64,000 nucleotides of DNA from Thermoplasmatota archaeon (GTDB taxonomy: Archaea; Thermoplasmatota; E2; JACPAO01; JAHFTW01), in contig DATLBS010000014.1 of NCBI GenBank assembly GCA_035526765.1, positions 15,612 through 79,611 of the forward strand. The letters run 5' to 3'. Both the position numbers and the translations under genes were made by a program. Below, piece after piece: positions 39,701-47,297 of this stretch. The number at the start of each line of letters is the position of its first letter. The first letter of the stretch is position 1. The notes beneath the pieces are model-generated. The model searched no databases. It saw only the letters and a program-made list of their open reading frames with translations, and had not been told where the DNA came from.

Positions 39701-41461
39701 GGCCGCCTTGGGGTCCGGCACGTCGGCCGCCGCTGGCGTGGGCGGAGTGGGGGGCGCGAGGGGCGCGGCTGGCGCTTCCGTCTGCAGCTTCCCCTTGGTC
39801 CTGCGCAGTTCCTGCTGGACCTTCACGTCGGCGGTGCGGACGCTTCCACCCAGGATCGCCTGCGCGTCCGCGACCCACGCGGCCGCCGTCGCGTCGTCCT
39901 GGCCTGCCGCCTTGGCCACCAGGGCCAAGTCCGCCGCGGCCAGGGTCTGGAGCGTGAGGATCCCCTTCTTGCCAAGCTTCTTGGCCTGAGCCGGCCCGAT
40001 CCCCTTCACGTCGGTGACCGGGCGTTCGTGGGGCGTCGCGCTGCCGCTGGCCCCTTGGGACATGGTCGCGGCGGGTGCGGCAGCCGTTTGCGTGGCTTGC
40101 CTGATTTCCAGGGCCGACAGTTTGGCGCGGGCCATCGCCTCCTTCTCCTCCTGCCTGCGTTGCTGGGCGGCCTCTTTCTCGGCCTGCTTGGCGCGGCGTG
40201 CCTCCTCTTTTGCGGCGGCGGCCGCCTGGGCCTCCTGCTCGGCAAGCTGGCGTTTGGCCTCCTTCTCGGCCTTCGCGTTCGCCACGGCGATGCGCTTCTC
40301 TTCCTCGCGGGCCGCCTTGGCGGCGGCCTTCTCGGCAAGGGCGGCCTCTTTCTCACGCTGCTTCTGCGCCTTGGCCTCTGCCTTCAGGTCGGGCAGGGGG
40401 GCAGCGGGGGGTGCCTCAAGGACCGGTTGAGGTTCAGCGGTGGGCGGTGCGGCCTTGGCGGCGGCCTTCGCTGCGCGCTCGGCCTCCTTGGCCTGCTGCG
40501 CTGCCTGCTTCGCACGTGCGGCCTCCTCCGCGGCGGCCGCCTTGGCCAGCCGCTTCTGTTCCCTGGCATCCAGCGCGGGTGCGGCCGCGGCGGCGCCGGC
40601 TGGGGCCGGGGCATCGTCGCGGGCCAGGCCCAGCAACGACTTGCATTTTGGACAGGTGGCCTGCGTCGCGTCGGCGGCGACTGGGAACACGGTCCGGCAG
40701 TTGGCGCACTCGACGGTCTCGCCGCCGGGCGCCGCCTTGGCCGCCTTCGCGAGGCGCTTCTGCTCGGCCGCGCGCTCCCTGGCCGCCTTCTTCTCGGCGG
40801 CCGCGGCCTTGGCAGCGGCCTCCTTCCCGCGCCGCGCCGCCTCCTTCGCGGCGGCTGCCTGCGCCTTTGCGTCGTCCTTGGCCGGGGCGGCCGGGGCGCC
40901 AGCCTCGGACGGGGCGGGGGAGGCCGCGGCCTTGGCGGCGTCGGCGCCGCGCCTCGCTTCCTCCTTCTGGCGCTCGCGGGCCTCGGCGGCGGCCAGCTTG
41001 GCGGCGGCCTTCTCGGCCTTGGCGGCTTCCTTCGCCCGAGCCTTCCCTTCCGCAGCCTGCTTCTTGGCCTCCAGCCGGGCCCTGGCGGCTGCGGCCTTGT
41101 CGTCGGGATCTGCCTGGCTGGCTTCGGCCGCTGCCCTGGGCTTGCGGCGGAACAGTCCCGCCTTCTCGCGGGGGGGCTCGTGCAGCTCGACCTTCGGCGC
41201 GGCGGGCTCCTTGCGGCGGAAGCGGTGCAGGAACCCGCGCTCGGCCTCCTTCACGGCTTCCTTGGCAAGCTGCTTGTCGTCGAGGTCGGCCTTCTCGACG
41301 AACTGGATCTGCTCCTCCTCGTCCTGGTCGACCGCGGGCTCGGGCAGTCCCTGGACCTTCCGCAGGGCCCGGATCCCCACGTCGTCCGCCTTGGGGCGTG
41401 GGGTCCTGCCAGGCTTGCGGGAGGTCTTGGCGGGCTTGGACGGCTGGGTCTTGCGGGCCAC
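36767..41461 (-). CDS. Giant (roughly 1565 aa) Ala/Lys/Glu/Arg-rich (single-alpha-helix-like ER/K) protein with Zn ribbon, HhH motif and internal tandem peptide repeats
   Basis: Putative GTG start at 41461, with a GGAG 10 nt upstream and a CTTTATCTAT TATA-like box 45 nt upstream. Zn ribbon CANCRTVFPV...CPKCKS. HhH VTDVKGIGPAQAKKLGKKGILTLQTLAAADL. 3x DGSS.FAKLPED and 3x KGSFLSRLK.K repeats. Long AKEAAKAEKAA..-type low-complexity helices. Overlapping plus-strand ORFs are antisense shadows. Confidence 0.7.
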   Translation of the reverse strand: MARKTQPSKPAKTSRKPGRTPRPKADDVGIRALRKVQGLPEPAVDQDEEEQIQFVEKADLDDKQLAKEAVKEAERGFLHRFRRKEPAAPKVELHEPPREKAGLFRRKPRAAAEASQADPDDKAAAARARLEAKKQAAEGKARAKEAAKAEKAAAKLAAAEARERQKEEARRGADAAKAAASPAPSEAGAPAAPAKDDAKAQAAAAKEAARRGKEAAAKAAAAEKKAARERAAEQKRLAKAAKAAPGGETVECANCRTVFPVAADATQATCPKCKSLLGLARDDAPAPAGAAAAAPALDAREQKRLAKAAAAEEAARAKQAAQQAKEAERAAKAAAKAAPPTAEPQPVLEAPPAAPLPDLKAEAKAQKQREKEAALAEKAAAKAAREEEKRIAVANAKAEKEAKRQLAEQEAQAAAAAKEEARRAKQAEKEAAQQRRQEEKEAMARAKLSALEIRQATQTAAAPAATMSQGASGSATPHERPVTDVKGIGPAQAKKLGKKGILTLQTLAAADLALVAKAAGQDDATAAAWVADAQAILGGSVRTADVKVQQELRRTKGKLQTEAPAAPLAPPTPPTPAAADVPDPKAAAKAEKLAQKEQAKAAKLAAKQAKVAEKERAKAERLAAKEAKKAAKSGKEPPAPAPAAVDAPLDAKAARKAEKERMLAEKQAAKDAKDAPAVAASAEPTKADLKARAKAEAAEAKRRSEEEKEKAKEDARLKKEEERRARDAAREGSQPKGIWSEAVAQKIPQATGEGGIWEQSIVARKEGFAEATSKPAKKEISKAPPRLIDGSSLFAKLPEDHLEREKPRLPDGSSAFAKLPEDERKGHQAPRLADGRSPFVKLPEDEKSDAERLYAFGHQPGRAYTTSAGFRIVEEVIATEAAPEVDLGSGTDRRTLREEQRREKEEERKARKESQRKAREEAALRKVEKQKLIEDERAAKKAGKPAKVGAEATEEAPATPEKPAKKGKAAAREPPAEQDPAPGEPKGSFLSRLKPKEATAEPAIEEAPSKKGTAGKQAEPTPAVEPAHEEPKGSFLSRLKRKEEPREAEPIESLPAKKGRAGKQAEEVPGPATEERTGSFLSRFKRTSDATEGSAPQGDAKARKAAEKEAAARAKEVAKQRAAEEKQAAAERKEEEKAAAREARLAAKRQAEEPALELAEAPKGRRGKKEETTADAGPAKEGGFSLGKLLKREPRPVDPKQEKARLREEARIAKQREREEKAEAAAKLKAEKEKARAQQQAEAEKARLAAERQAEKERAAAEKEAARAREAEEKATEKMRVAQAKERARQEAQAARERAAQEKARGAAEREAEKARQIEARAQAKAQALQAKEDERRRREQEKAAREVAAPAGEDDAPAATAAAEAPIHEFQEAVTPVRDAKAARQAEKERLLAERLAGKQRAAEEKAAAQVRAREERERAAAEKQRVAAEREAAKRHAAELKQAEKMRLAEEKRLAREAREATASAPASEPAGRAADAQDAFGTATRDTSVAAGESDAEPWEAPAATAQARKPGHAPPKARPAKAKAAKAKAPARPVSLALPRPRGYDPKAIDAIIREHESQR

Positions 41462-41505
41462 GTTGATTCGTCCACTCCAGGAGGCACGCGGCACACCCGA
41501 GGGAC

Positions 41506-41515
41506 ATAGATAAAG
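41506..41515 (-). promoter_or_regulatory. TATA-like box (CTTTATCTAT on minus strand) for the giant gene, in a divergent intergenic region shared with polB
   Basis: It is the only AT-rich octamer in a GC-rich spacer, and its position relative to the GTG start is appropriate. Confidence 0.3.
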
Positions 41516-41732
41516 GATATCTGGAAGCCTGGAAGCCGGGACGGTCGGATGGCCGCACTGCGCAGGCGCGCCCGTTTGGGGTAGCCACGGAGCGCACGGA
41601 AAACACGGAGGGCTTCGCTGTCGTGCGCAGGCCACGCTCCGTGGACTCCGTTCCCTCCGTGGCTTGCCGTGACCATGGAACATCCTGGCCGTTGGCCCAA
41701 ACCCCTAAGCCCGTCGGCCAACTCGCCGCGGC

Positions 41733-44700
41733 GTGTCGGTCCTGCTCAGCCTCTCGAACAGCCACCTGTTCTGGCAGGGGCGGGAGCCGGAGCCCATCGA
41801 GAAGCACCATCGCCCCTTCTTCCTCGCGTTCCCGCAAGACCCCCATGAGCCCATCGGCAAGGCGCATGCCAGGCTGGTGGCGTTGGTGGGTGCCGCGCAG
41901 GGGAGGTCGCCGGACGAGGACCCCTTGGCCAAGGCGCTGGAGGTGCACGAGCCCATCCAGTACAGGTCGTTCTGGAACCATGGCCAGCACCGCATGGCGA
42001 TCCCCGTGGTGGCGCGGCGGCCCTTCTGGATCCCGGACATCTCGGAGGCCCTGTTCTTCACGCATGGCTTCTACACCTGCGAGCACGACATCCCGTACAC
42101 GGAGCGCGCCAACGCCGACCTCGCGGCGGAGAAGGGCTGGTGGCTGCTGGACACGCGCGGGCAGCCCAACAAGCTCAACGTGATGACGTACGACATCGAG
42201 ACGACGCAGTACGGCAAGGGCCCGGCGCCTCCCTTGCCCACGCGTCCTGGCGCGGCGGCCCCCTCCATCCCCATCGACATCATCGGCTATTCCCACTTCG
42301 ACCTCGAGTACTCCGCCGCCAAGGACCTCGACACGGAGCAGTTCGACTTCCAGTTCCGCCACCTCCCCAACGACTGGGCCGAGCGCGAGGTCGTGCAGCT
42401 CACCTCCCGCAACCTGGACGAGGAGCTGGACCACCTGCAGCAGTTCACGGAGCATGCCGTGAAGCAGGACATCATCGCGGGCCACAACATCCTGGGCTTC
42501 GACAACAAGCAGATCCACGACCGTCTGGTGGAGTTGCTGCAGAAGGACCAGCGGCGGCAGACCCTGTCACCGAAGATGCGCGAATGGTTCCAGCGCTTCA
42601 CGAACGTCCACAGCCGTCCCGACCGCAGTTTCCATTTCGGCACGAGCCAGGACATCGCGACGTGGCACCCCATCACGCTGGACACGTTCCACGCGGCGCG
42701 CAAGTTCTTCTTCTTCCACGACGACTTCACCCTGAAGGGCCTTGCCCCTTGGCTGGGCATCAACGTCCCCGATCGCCTTTACCTCGAATCGCACGAGATG
42801 GGGCTCGACGCCAAGACGCTGCTGTACAACAAGCACGACGTCCAGGAGCAGATGGGCATCACGCAGATGCTCATCGCGCAGGCGCTCCCCCTCTGCTTCA
42901 CCGTCAACCTCCCGCTCGACGACCTGCTGACCGGGGGCAACACGAAGATGTGGGACCACATGGCCTTCATCCGCGCCCGCCGCCAGAGGCGCTTCATGCC
43001 GGCGACCTCCCGCGCCCAGGCCATCGCGCGCGCCGTGCAGCGCGTGCTGCCGCGCACGCCGTTCCCCACGCGCGAGCAGGTGAGCGAGGCGGTGCGCCAG
43101 CTGCCGCCCGAGGAGCGGGCCACGAGCGCGAACAAGGAGATCGTGCGCGTCGCGAAGCAGGGACCCGAGATGCCGTTCTGGTGCGAGCACCCGGGCGTCA
43201 TCGTGAAGGCGGACCCCACGACGTCGGGTGACCCCGATGACCCGAACGGCTACGCCATCCCCGGAGGCATGACGCTCAAGCCCGACTCGGAGCTCAAGTC
43301 CCACTTCGTGCCGTGGTACCACGTGGTCGCGGCGGACGTGGGCGCCATGTACCCGACGATCCTCAAGGCCCGCAACCTCACGGCCGACACGGTGCGGCCG
43401 GCGCGGGCGGGGGAGACGCCGGACGACTGGATCTGGCTGTTCGAGCTGGACGAGGTGTTCGCCAGCAGTGGGAGATACGTCGTCAAGAAGGCGGATGCGG
43501 CGGACAAGTTCACGAAGGGCAAGGGATGGCTCATCGGCGTCAAGCACTCGGGCGAGCCAGGCATGGTCAACCTCGCGATGACGGGCATCCTGAGCACCAT
43601 CCAGAAAGTGAAGGACGAACGTGCCCGGGCCAAGAAGGAAGGTCGCCCGAAGGACGCCATCCGCATCCTCGACATGACGTACCAGAGCCTGAAAGCGGCC
43701 CGCAACGCCGGCACGCACGGCATCCTCGTCGCCGTCAACGTCTCCTGCCGCCAGTTCAACGTGTGGGGCGGCGCCAACATCACGACGATCGGCCAGAAGA
43801 TCCTGCACGACACCCTCACCGATTGGGAAGGCCAGGGCATCCGCGTGGTCTACGGCGACACGGACGGCATCTACATGGGCTGCAGCAAATCGGCGGGGAA
43901 CATCCCCCACTTCGCCGAGGCGCTGGGCGCCGACGTGGAGCCGCAGGCGGACAAGTGGATCACGATGCCGGACCAGGCCCTCGCGGCGGTGGCGGCGGCG
44001 AACAAGAAGTGGCGCGACGAACTGCAGTACGAGGGGTTCGAGCTGGAGGCGGAGACGCATGACGCCATGGTCTTCGTCGTGCACAAGAACTACCTCATCT
44101 TCGACGCCAACCCCAAGGGCGACGGCATCCTCCTCGAGACGAAGGGGAACAACTTCAAGGCCTCCGACAAGGCGCCCTTGACGCAGGAGGTCATGCGCAA
44201 CATCATGGCCCGGGCGCTGCGGGAGGTCAGTGCCTGGGACTCGGAGGAGAAGGCGCGCGAGGCCATGAAGACCGCCATCAAGAAGGCGACGCGCGAGGTG
44301 ATGGGGACCATCCAGGTCGCGAAGACCGAGCGGCGTGACCTCATCCTGCGCCAGTCCGTGGGCTCCATCAAGAGCTACGAGCCGAACCCCGACGGCACCC
44401 TCCGGAGCCAGGCCGTCCGCACCGCCGCGCTGGAGGACCTGCTGGGAGAGCCGATCACCTCCACGCGCAAGATGCGCTTCATCGTCTGCAAGACCCCTCT
44501 GCCCCTGTACACGAGCCCCGACCGGCAGCAGGCCAAGCAGCAGGAGCTGGCCCGCAGCGGCCACCAATTGGTCGTGAAGGAGCCGAAGAACCGCGGCCTC
44601 AAGCCCATCGAGTACATGTGGCCCGTCGAAAGGGTCGACCCCGCCGCCATCGACTGGGTGTGGTACAAGTCCATGGTGGAGGACTACGTGAAGGGGGCGT

Positions 44701-44756
44701 TCGGGTTCGATTCCCTGGAGCTCGTGGTGCAGCGGGACCTGTCGAGCTGGTTCTGA
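41733..44756 (+). CDS. polB: Family B DNA polymerase, divergent
   Basis: Exo I MTYDIETTQYG. Exo II IAGHNILGFDNKQI. Exo III LLYNKHDVQE. Pol motif A VVAADVGAMYPTIL. Motif C VYGDTDGIYMG. Motif B region atypical (LKAARNAGTHGIL). Confidence 0.8.
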   Translation: MSVLLSLSNSHLFWQGREPEPIEKHHRPFFLAFPQDPHEPIGKAHARLVALVGAAQGRSPDEDPLAKALEVHEPIQYRSFWNHGQHRMAIPVVARRPFWIPDISEALFFTHGFYTCEHDIPYTERANADLAAEKGWWLLDTRGQPNKLNVMTYDIETTQYGKGPAPPLPTRPGAAAPSIPIDIIGYSHFDLEYSAAKDLDTEQFDFQFRHLPNDWAEREVVQLTSRNLDEELDHLQQFTEHAVKQDIIAGHNILGFDNKQIHDRLVELLQKDQRRQTLSPKMREWFQRFTNVHSRPDRSFHFGTSQDIATWHPITLDTFHAARKFFFFHDDFTLKGLAPWLGINVPDRLYLESHEMGLDAKTLLYNKHDVQEQMGITQMLIAQALPLCFTVNLPLDDLLTGGNTKMWDHMAFIRARRQRRFMPATSRAQAIARAVQRVLPRTPFPTREQVSEAVRQLPPEERATSANKEIVRVAKQGPEMPFWCEHPGVIVKADPTTSGDPDDPNGYAIPGGMTLKPDSELKSHFVPWYHVVAADVGAMYPTILKARNLTADTVRPARAGETPDDWIWLFELDEVFASSGRYVVKKADAADKFTKGKGWLIGVKHSGEPGMVNLAMTGILSTIQKVKDERARAKKEGRPKDAIRILDMTYQSLKAARNAGTHGILVAVNVSCRQFNVWGGANITTIGQKILHDTLTDWEGQGIRVVYGDTDGIYMGCSKSAGNIPHFAEALGADVEPQADKWITMPDQALAAVAAANKKWRDELQYEGFELEAETHDAMVFVVHKNYLIFDANPKGDGILLETKGNNFKASDKAPLTQEVMRNIMARALREVSAWDSEEKAREAMKTAIKKATREVMGTIQVAKTERRDLILRQSVGSIKSYEPNPDGTLRSQAVRTAALEDLLGEPITSTRKMRFIVCKTPLPLYTSPDRQQAKQQELARSGHQLVVKEPKNRGLKPIEYMWPVERVDPAAIDWVWYKSMVEDYVKGAFGFDSLELVVQRDLSSWF

Positions 44757-44772
44757 GCTTCGGCGCCCAACC

Positions 44773-44970
44773 GAACCACAGATTCCACGGATTTCACAGA
44801 CCCATGTTCTCAGGCCGTCATGCGCTCCGCGTTCAATTCTGGACCGATTCCAGTCCAACACCCCTGTGACGGCGGGGGCGTCGAACACCAGAAGCGAGCC
44901 GTGCTGGCCGTGCCACGCGCCGCCGTCGGAGGCGCCGGTAAACCAGAGCCTGTACCAACACGCGATGCCC
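44773..44970. repeat. Composite intergenic repeat 3' of polB: CACAGAT-array module, then GCGCTCCGCGTTCAATTCTGGA module, then GTGCTGGCCGTGCCACGCG module
   Basis: Shares modules with 21791, 63800-63915, 8914 and 33613-33860. Confidence 0.55.
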
Positions 44971-45061
44971 AGACTGCGTGCCGCAACACGTTGTCGGTGA
45001 CCCAGATGGCTTTGGCGTCGCATCCCGGCAACCTCAAGTGCAAGCACCCACGCTTCCCCGC

Positions 45062-45403
45062 ATGCGCTGGTCCTGGCCCTCGTGGCTTGCCATCATCTTC
45101 GGCGCCCTGCTGGCCGTGGCTGCCTTCTGGCTCACCAACGACCAGCACGATGTCGCCTACCTCACGGGCCTCCTCATCCCGGGGGCTATCCTCATGGGTG
45201 CTGGCCTCCACGCCCTGCAGGCCAGCTACGATTCCTGGTGCGGCGACGACTGCTACGGGTACGGTGGCGGTTCGTGCGGGTGCGACCACTGCGGCGACTG
45301 CTCGGGCGGCGACTGTTGCGGCCACTGCGGCTGCAGCAACATGCGCACGGACGGGCAGGGGCACGACGGCCACGGCCACGACCACGGCGAGCACAGCCAC
45401 TGA
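45062..45403 (+). CDS. Small membrane protein with Cys/Gly-rich and His/Asp-rich (metal-binding-like) C-terminal tail
   Basis: MRWSWPSWLAIIFGALLAVAAFWL... two TM helices. CGDDCYGYGGGSCGCDHCGDCSGGDCCGHCGC....GQGHDGHGHDHGEHSH. Confidence 0.5.
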   Translation: MRWSWPSWLAIIFGALLAVAAFWLTNDQHDVAYLTGLLIPGAILMGAGLHALQASYDSWCGDDCYGYGGGSCGCDHCGDCSGGDCCGHCGCSNMRTDGQGHDGHGHDHGEHSH

Positions 45404-45600
45404 TGCGCATCCTCTGGGCCGTCCTGGCCGCCGTCGTGGTCGTGGCGATGAGCGTCTACCTGTCCTCCGCGTACCGCAACCCCATGTACGCCGTCCTGGG
45501 CCTCGCCGCTGGACTCGTCGTGGTCATCGGGGGCCTTGCCAGCATGATGGTCAAGCGCCGGTCGGGGCCGCCCCCCTCATCCCCGCCCCCGCCCACCTGA
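45403..45600 (+). CDS. Small membrane protein (65 aa), TGATG-coupled to the previous gene
   Basis: MRILWAVLAAVVVVAMSVYLSSAYRNPMYAVLGLAAGLVVVIGGLASMM. Confidence 0.4.
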   Translation: MRILWAVLAAVVVVAMSVYLSSAYRNPMYAVLGLAAGLVVVIGGLASMMVKRRSGPPPSSPPPPT

Positions 45601-45680
45601 CCGTCGAGGCCTTCAGCGATGCGGGAAGCCGCAAAGCCAAAGCACGGCCGCAGGCCTCGCCCCGCGTGAAGCATTGGCTG

Positions 45681-46139
45681 ATGAAGTCCGAGCCCGAGTC
45701 GTACTCCATCGACGACCTGGCGCGCGACGGCACGACCGACTGGACCGGCGTCCGGAACTTCAAGGCCCGCAACTGGATGAAGGAGATGCAGGTCGGCGAC
45801 AAGGTCCTCTTCTACCACAGCAACGCCGATCCTCCCGGCGCCGCCGGTGTGGCCGAGGTCTGCGCAGTGGCCCACGCCGACCGCACCCAGTACGATGCCA
45901 GATCGGACTACTTCGAGCCCAAGGCCACCCCGGAGAAGCCGTACTGGTACTGCCCGGACATCAGGTTCGTGGCGAAGTTCACCCGCTTCGTCCCTCTGCA
46001 GGAATTGCGCGACAGCGATGCGCTGAACGGCATGCTGCTCACGTCCGGCAAGGCGTCACGCCTTTCGGTGCAGCCGGTGGACAAGAAGCACTTCGATGCG
46101 ATCGTCAAGATGGGCAGCAAGGTTTCGCCCCCCACGTAA
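45681..46139 (+). CDS. EVE (PUA-like) domain protein
   Basis: HWLMKSEPESYSIDDL..WTGVRNFKARNWMKEMQVGDKVLFYHSN.. is the typical EVE/Thy1-like fold signature. Confidence 0.7.
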   Translation: MKSEPESYSIDDLARDGTTDWTGVRNFKARNWMKEMQVGDKVLFYHSNADPPGAAGVAEVCAVAHADRTQYDARSDYFEPKATPEKPYWYCPDIRFVAKFTRFVPLQELRDSDALNGMLLTSGKASRLSVQPVDKKHFDAIVKMGSKVSPPT

Positions 46140-46340
46140 CCACAGATGGCACAGATGCCCAAGATGCCCGCCCAGCCCCCTGAGCAGGGCTTGGTGGTGC
46201 TCCAAATGCCCTTCAGTGGATTGGTCTGGGCGGTCGCGTTCGCGCAGCGAACCCAGCGCGCGCAGCGCAAGGGGACGAAGCCGGCCGCGCGGTGAGCGCG
46301 GCCACGATGCTGCGACCGCCCCGTCCTCCGAGGGGTACGA
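46136..46340. repeat. Left copy of an approximately 200-bp direct repeat (CACAGAT module + structured W element) bounding the lower-GC island
   Basis: About 75% identical to 60127-60335 over its length. Contains the identical 28-mer GCCGGCCGCGCGGTGAGCGCGGCCACG. Confidence 0.6.
46228..46321. ncRNA. Candidate structured RNA 'W' (copy A): closing stem GGGCGGTCGC/GCGACCGCCC, hairpin GTTCGC/GCGAAC, hairpin GGCCGCGC-GGTGA-GCGCGGCC
   Basis: Two stems show compensatory changes relative to copy B (60224-60316). No match to tRNA or 5S recognised. Confidence 0.45.
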
Positions 46341-46391
46341 GGCCCGGAGGTAGAGGACCCTCTTTGGTGGTAATCTCACCTCCCCTGTTGG

Positions 46392-46907
46392 ATGCGGTTC
46401 TTCGGAGTTGATCCCATGAAACCCCAAAAACACCCCCGAACAGCAGACATCGCCCGACTTGTCGCGCGAGCGTCCGATGCGAACCGGCCCCAATTGGAAG
46501 CCCACATCGAATGGAACCGGGGCCAGAACCAAATGAGCGAGAACGGCGTGTACAGTTTTGCGCGCCCCATCGTCCACGCGGACTCGATCCTGGAAGGCAA
46601 GCCCTTCCACACGACAAAAACCCAGGACTGGCTCAAGGTGGTCTCCGTGTTCCGGACCATCTACAGCCCCCACAGCCTCCGGATCAGGGTCGTGAATCTG
46701 CGAAAACATGTGCGGTACTGCTTCGACGTGGACGACCTGGAAAAAGCCGAGGAGTTGGGCAAGAAAGAGGGCCGCGCCATGGAGAAGGCCCTTTGGGTCA
46801 AGCGCGAGAAGCCTCAGGTCGTGGGCCAAGTCATCCTGGAAACGGACGTGGATGCCATGCTGGCGGCAATCGCGGCGCGCAACAGCCTAGGGGGCAAAAC
46901 CAGATGA
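46392..46907 (+). CDS. Hypothetical protein (island cargo)
   Basis: ORF in the lower-GC region. No motifs recognised. Confidence 0.4.
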   Translation: MRFFGVDPMKPQKHPRTADIARLVARASDANRPQLEAHIEWNRGQNQMSENGVYSFARPIVHADSILEGKPFHTTKTQDWLKVVSVFRTIYSPHSLRIRVVNLRKHVRYCFDVDDLEKAEELGKKEGRAMEKALWVKREKPQVVGQVILETDVDAMLAAIAARNSLGGKTR

Positions 46908-47297
46908 TTTCTGCACGTTCTTGTTCAAATTTCCGGGTGCGTAACGATTACACAATTGCCTGTTCCAGTGTATTGCCACTGGGGACTCGTCGGAACCCAT
47001 ACGGCCGCCCCAGTCTTGTGGGCATCATTGTATGGACGGACCAAATTGAAGGTGAGCGGGTAAGAGTCAGTGCCGTCCGGGGACATCGCGCATGGACCAA
47101 AAGAAAGGCAAGCTGGGGAATCCTCCGGACAAATGGCCACTTCGCGGATTTCGACCGGGGGCGGGGGTAGACCTGGCAAGGGTTGAGCGTTGGCCGGAGA
47201 CATGCAAAACAGCATGGCGAGAAGGCAACATAGAATTCCTAGAGGGGTTCCGTTTGGCATAGAGTTCAGTTTCCTTGGGATGTTTTTTTGGAGATTG

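Noticed and set aside
36782-41513. Multiple long plus-strand ORFs (for example 38888-41509 at 873 aa, 36873-38903 at 676 aa, 40198-41466 at 422 aa) overlapping the giant minus-strand gene
   Set aside because: Their products are Gly/Leu/Arg/Pro/Ser-rich with no motifs. They are the antisense shadow of GCC-AAG-GAG-rich coding sequence in a high-GC genome.
46228-46321. W element as 5S rRNA or tRNA
   Set aside because: Length (about 94 nt) and the three-hairpin layout do not fit a tRNA cloverleaf (no T-loop GTTCRA or anticodon arm) or 5S (no loop C/E signatures). It is left as an unclassified structured RNA candidate.
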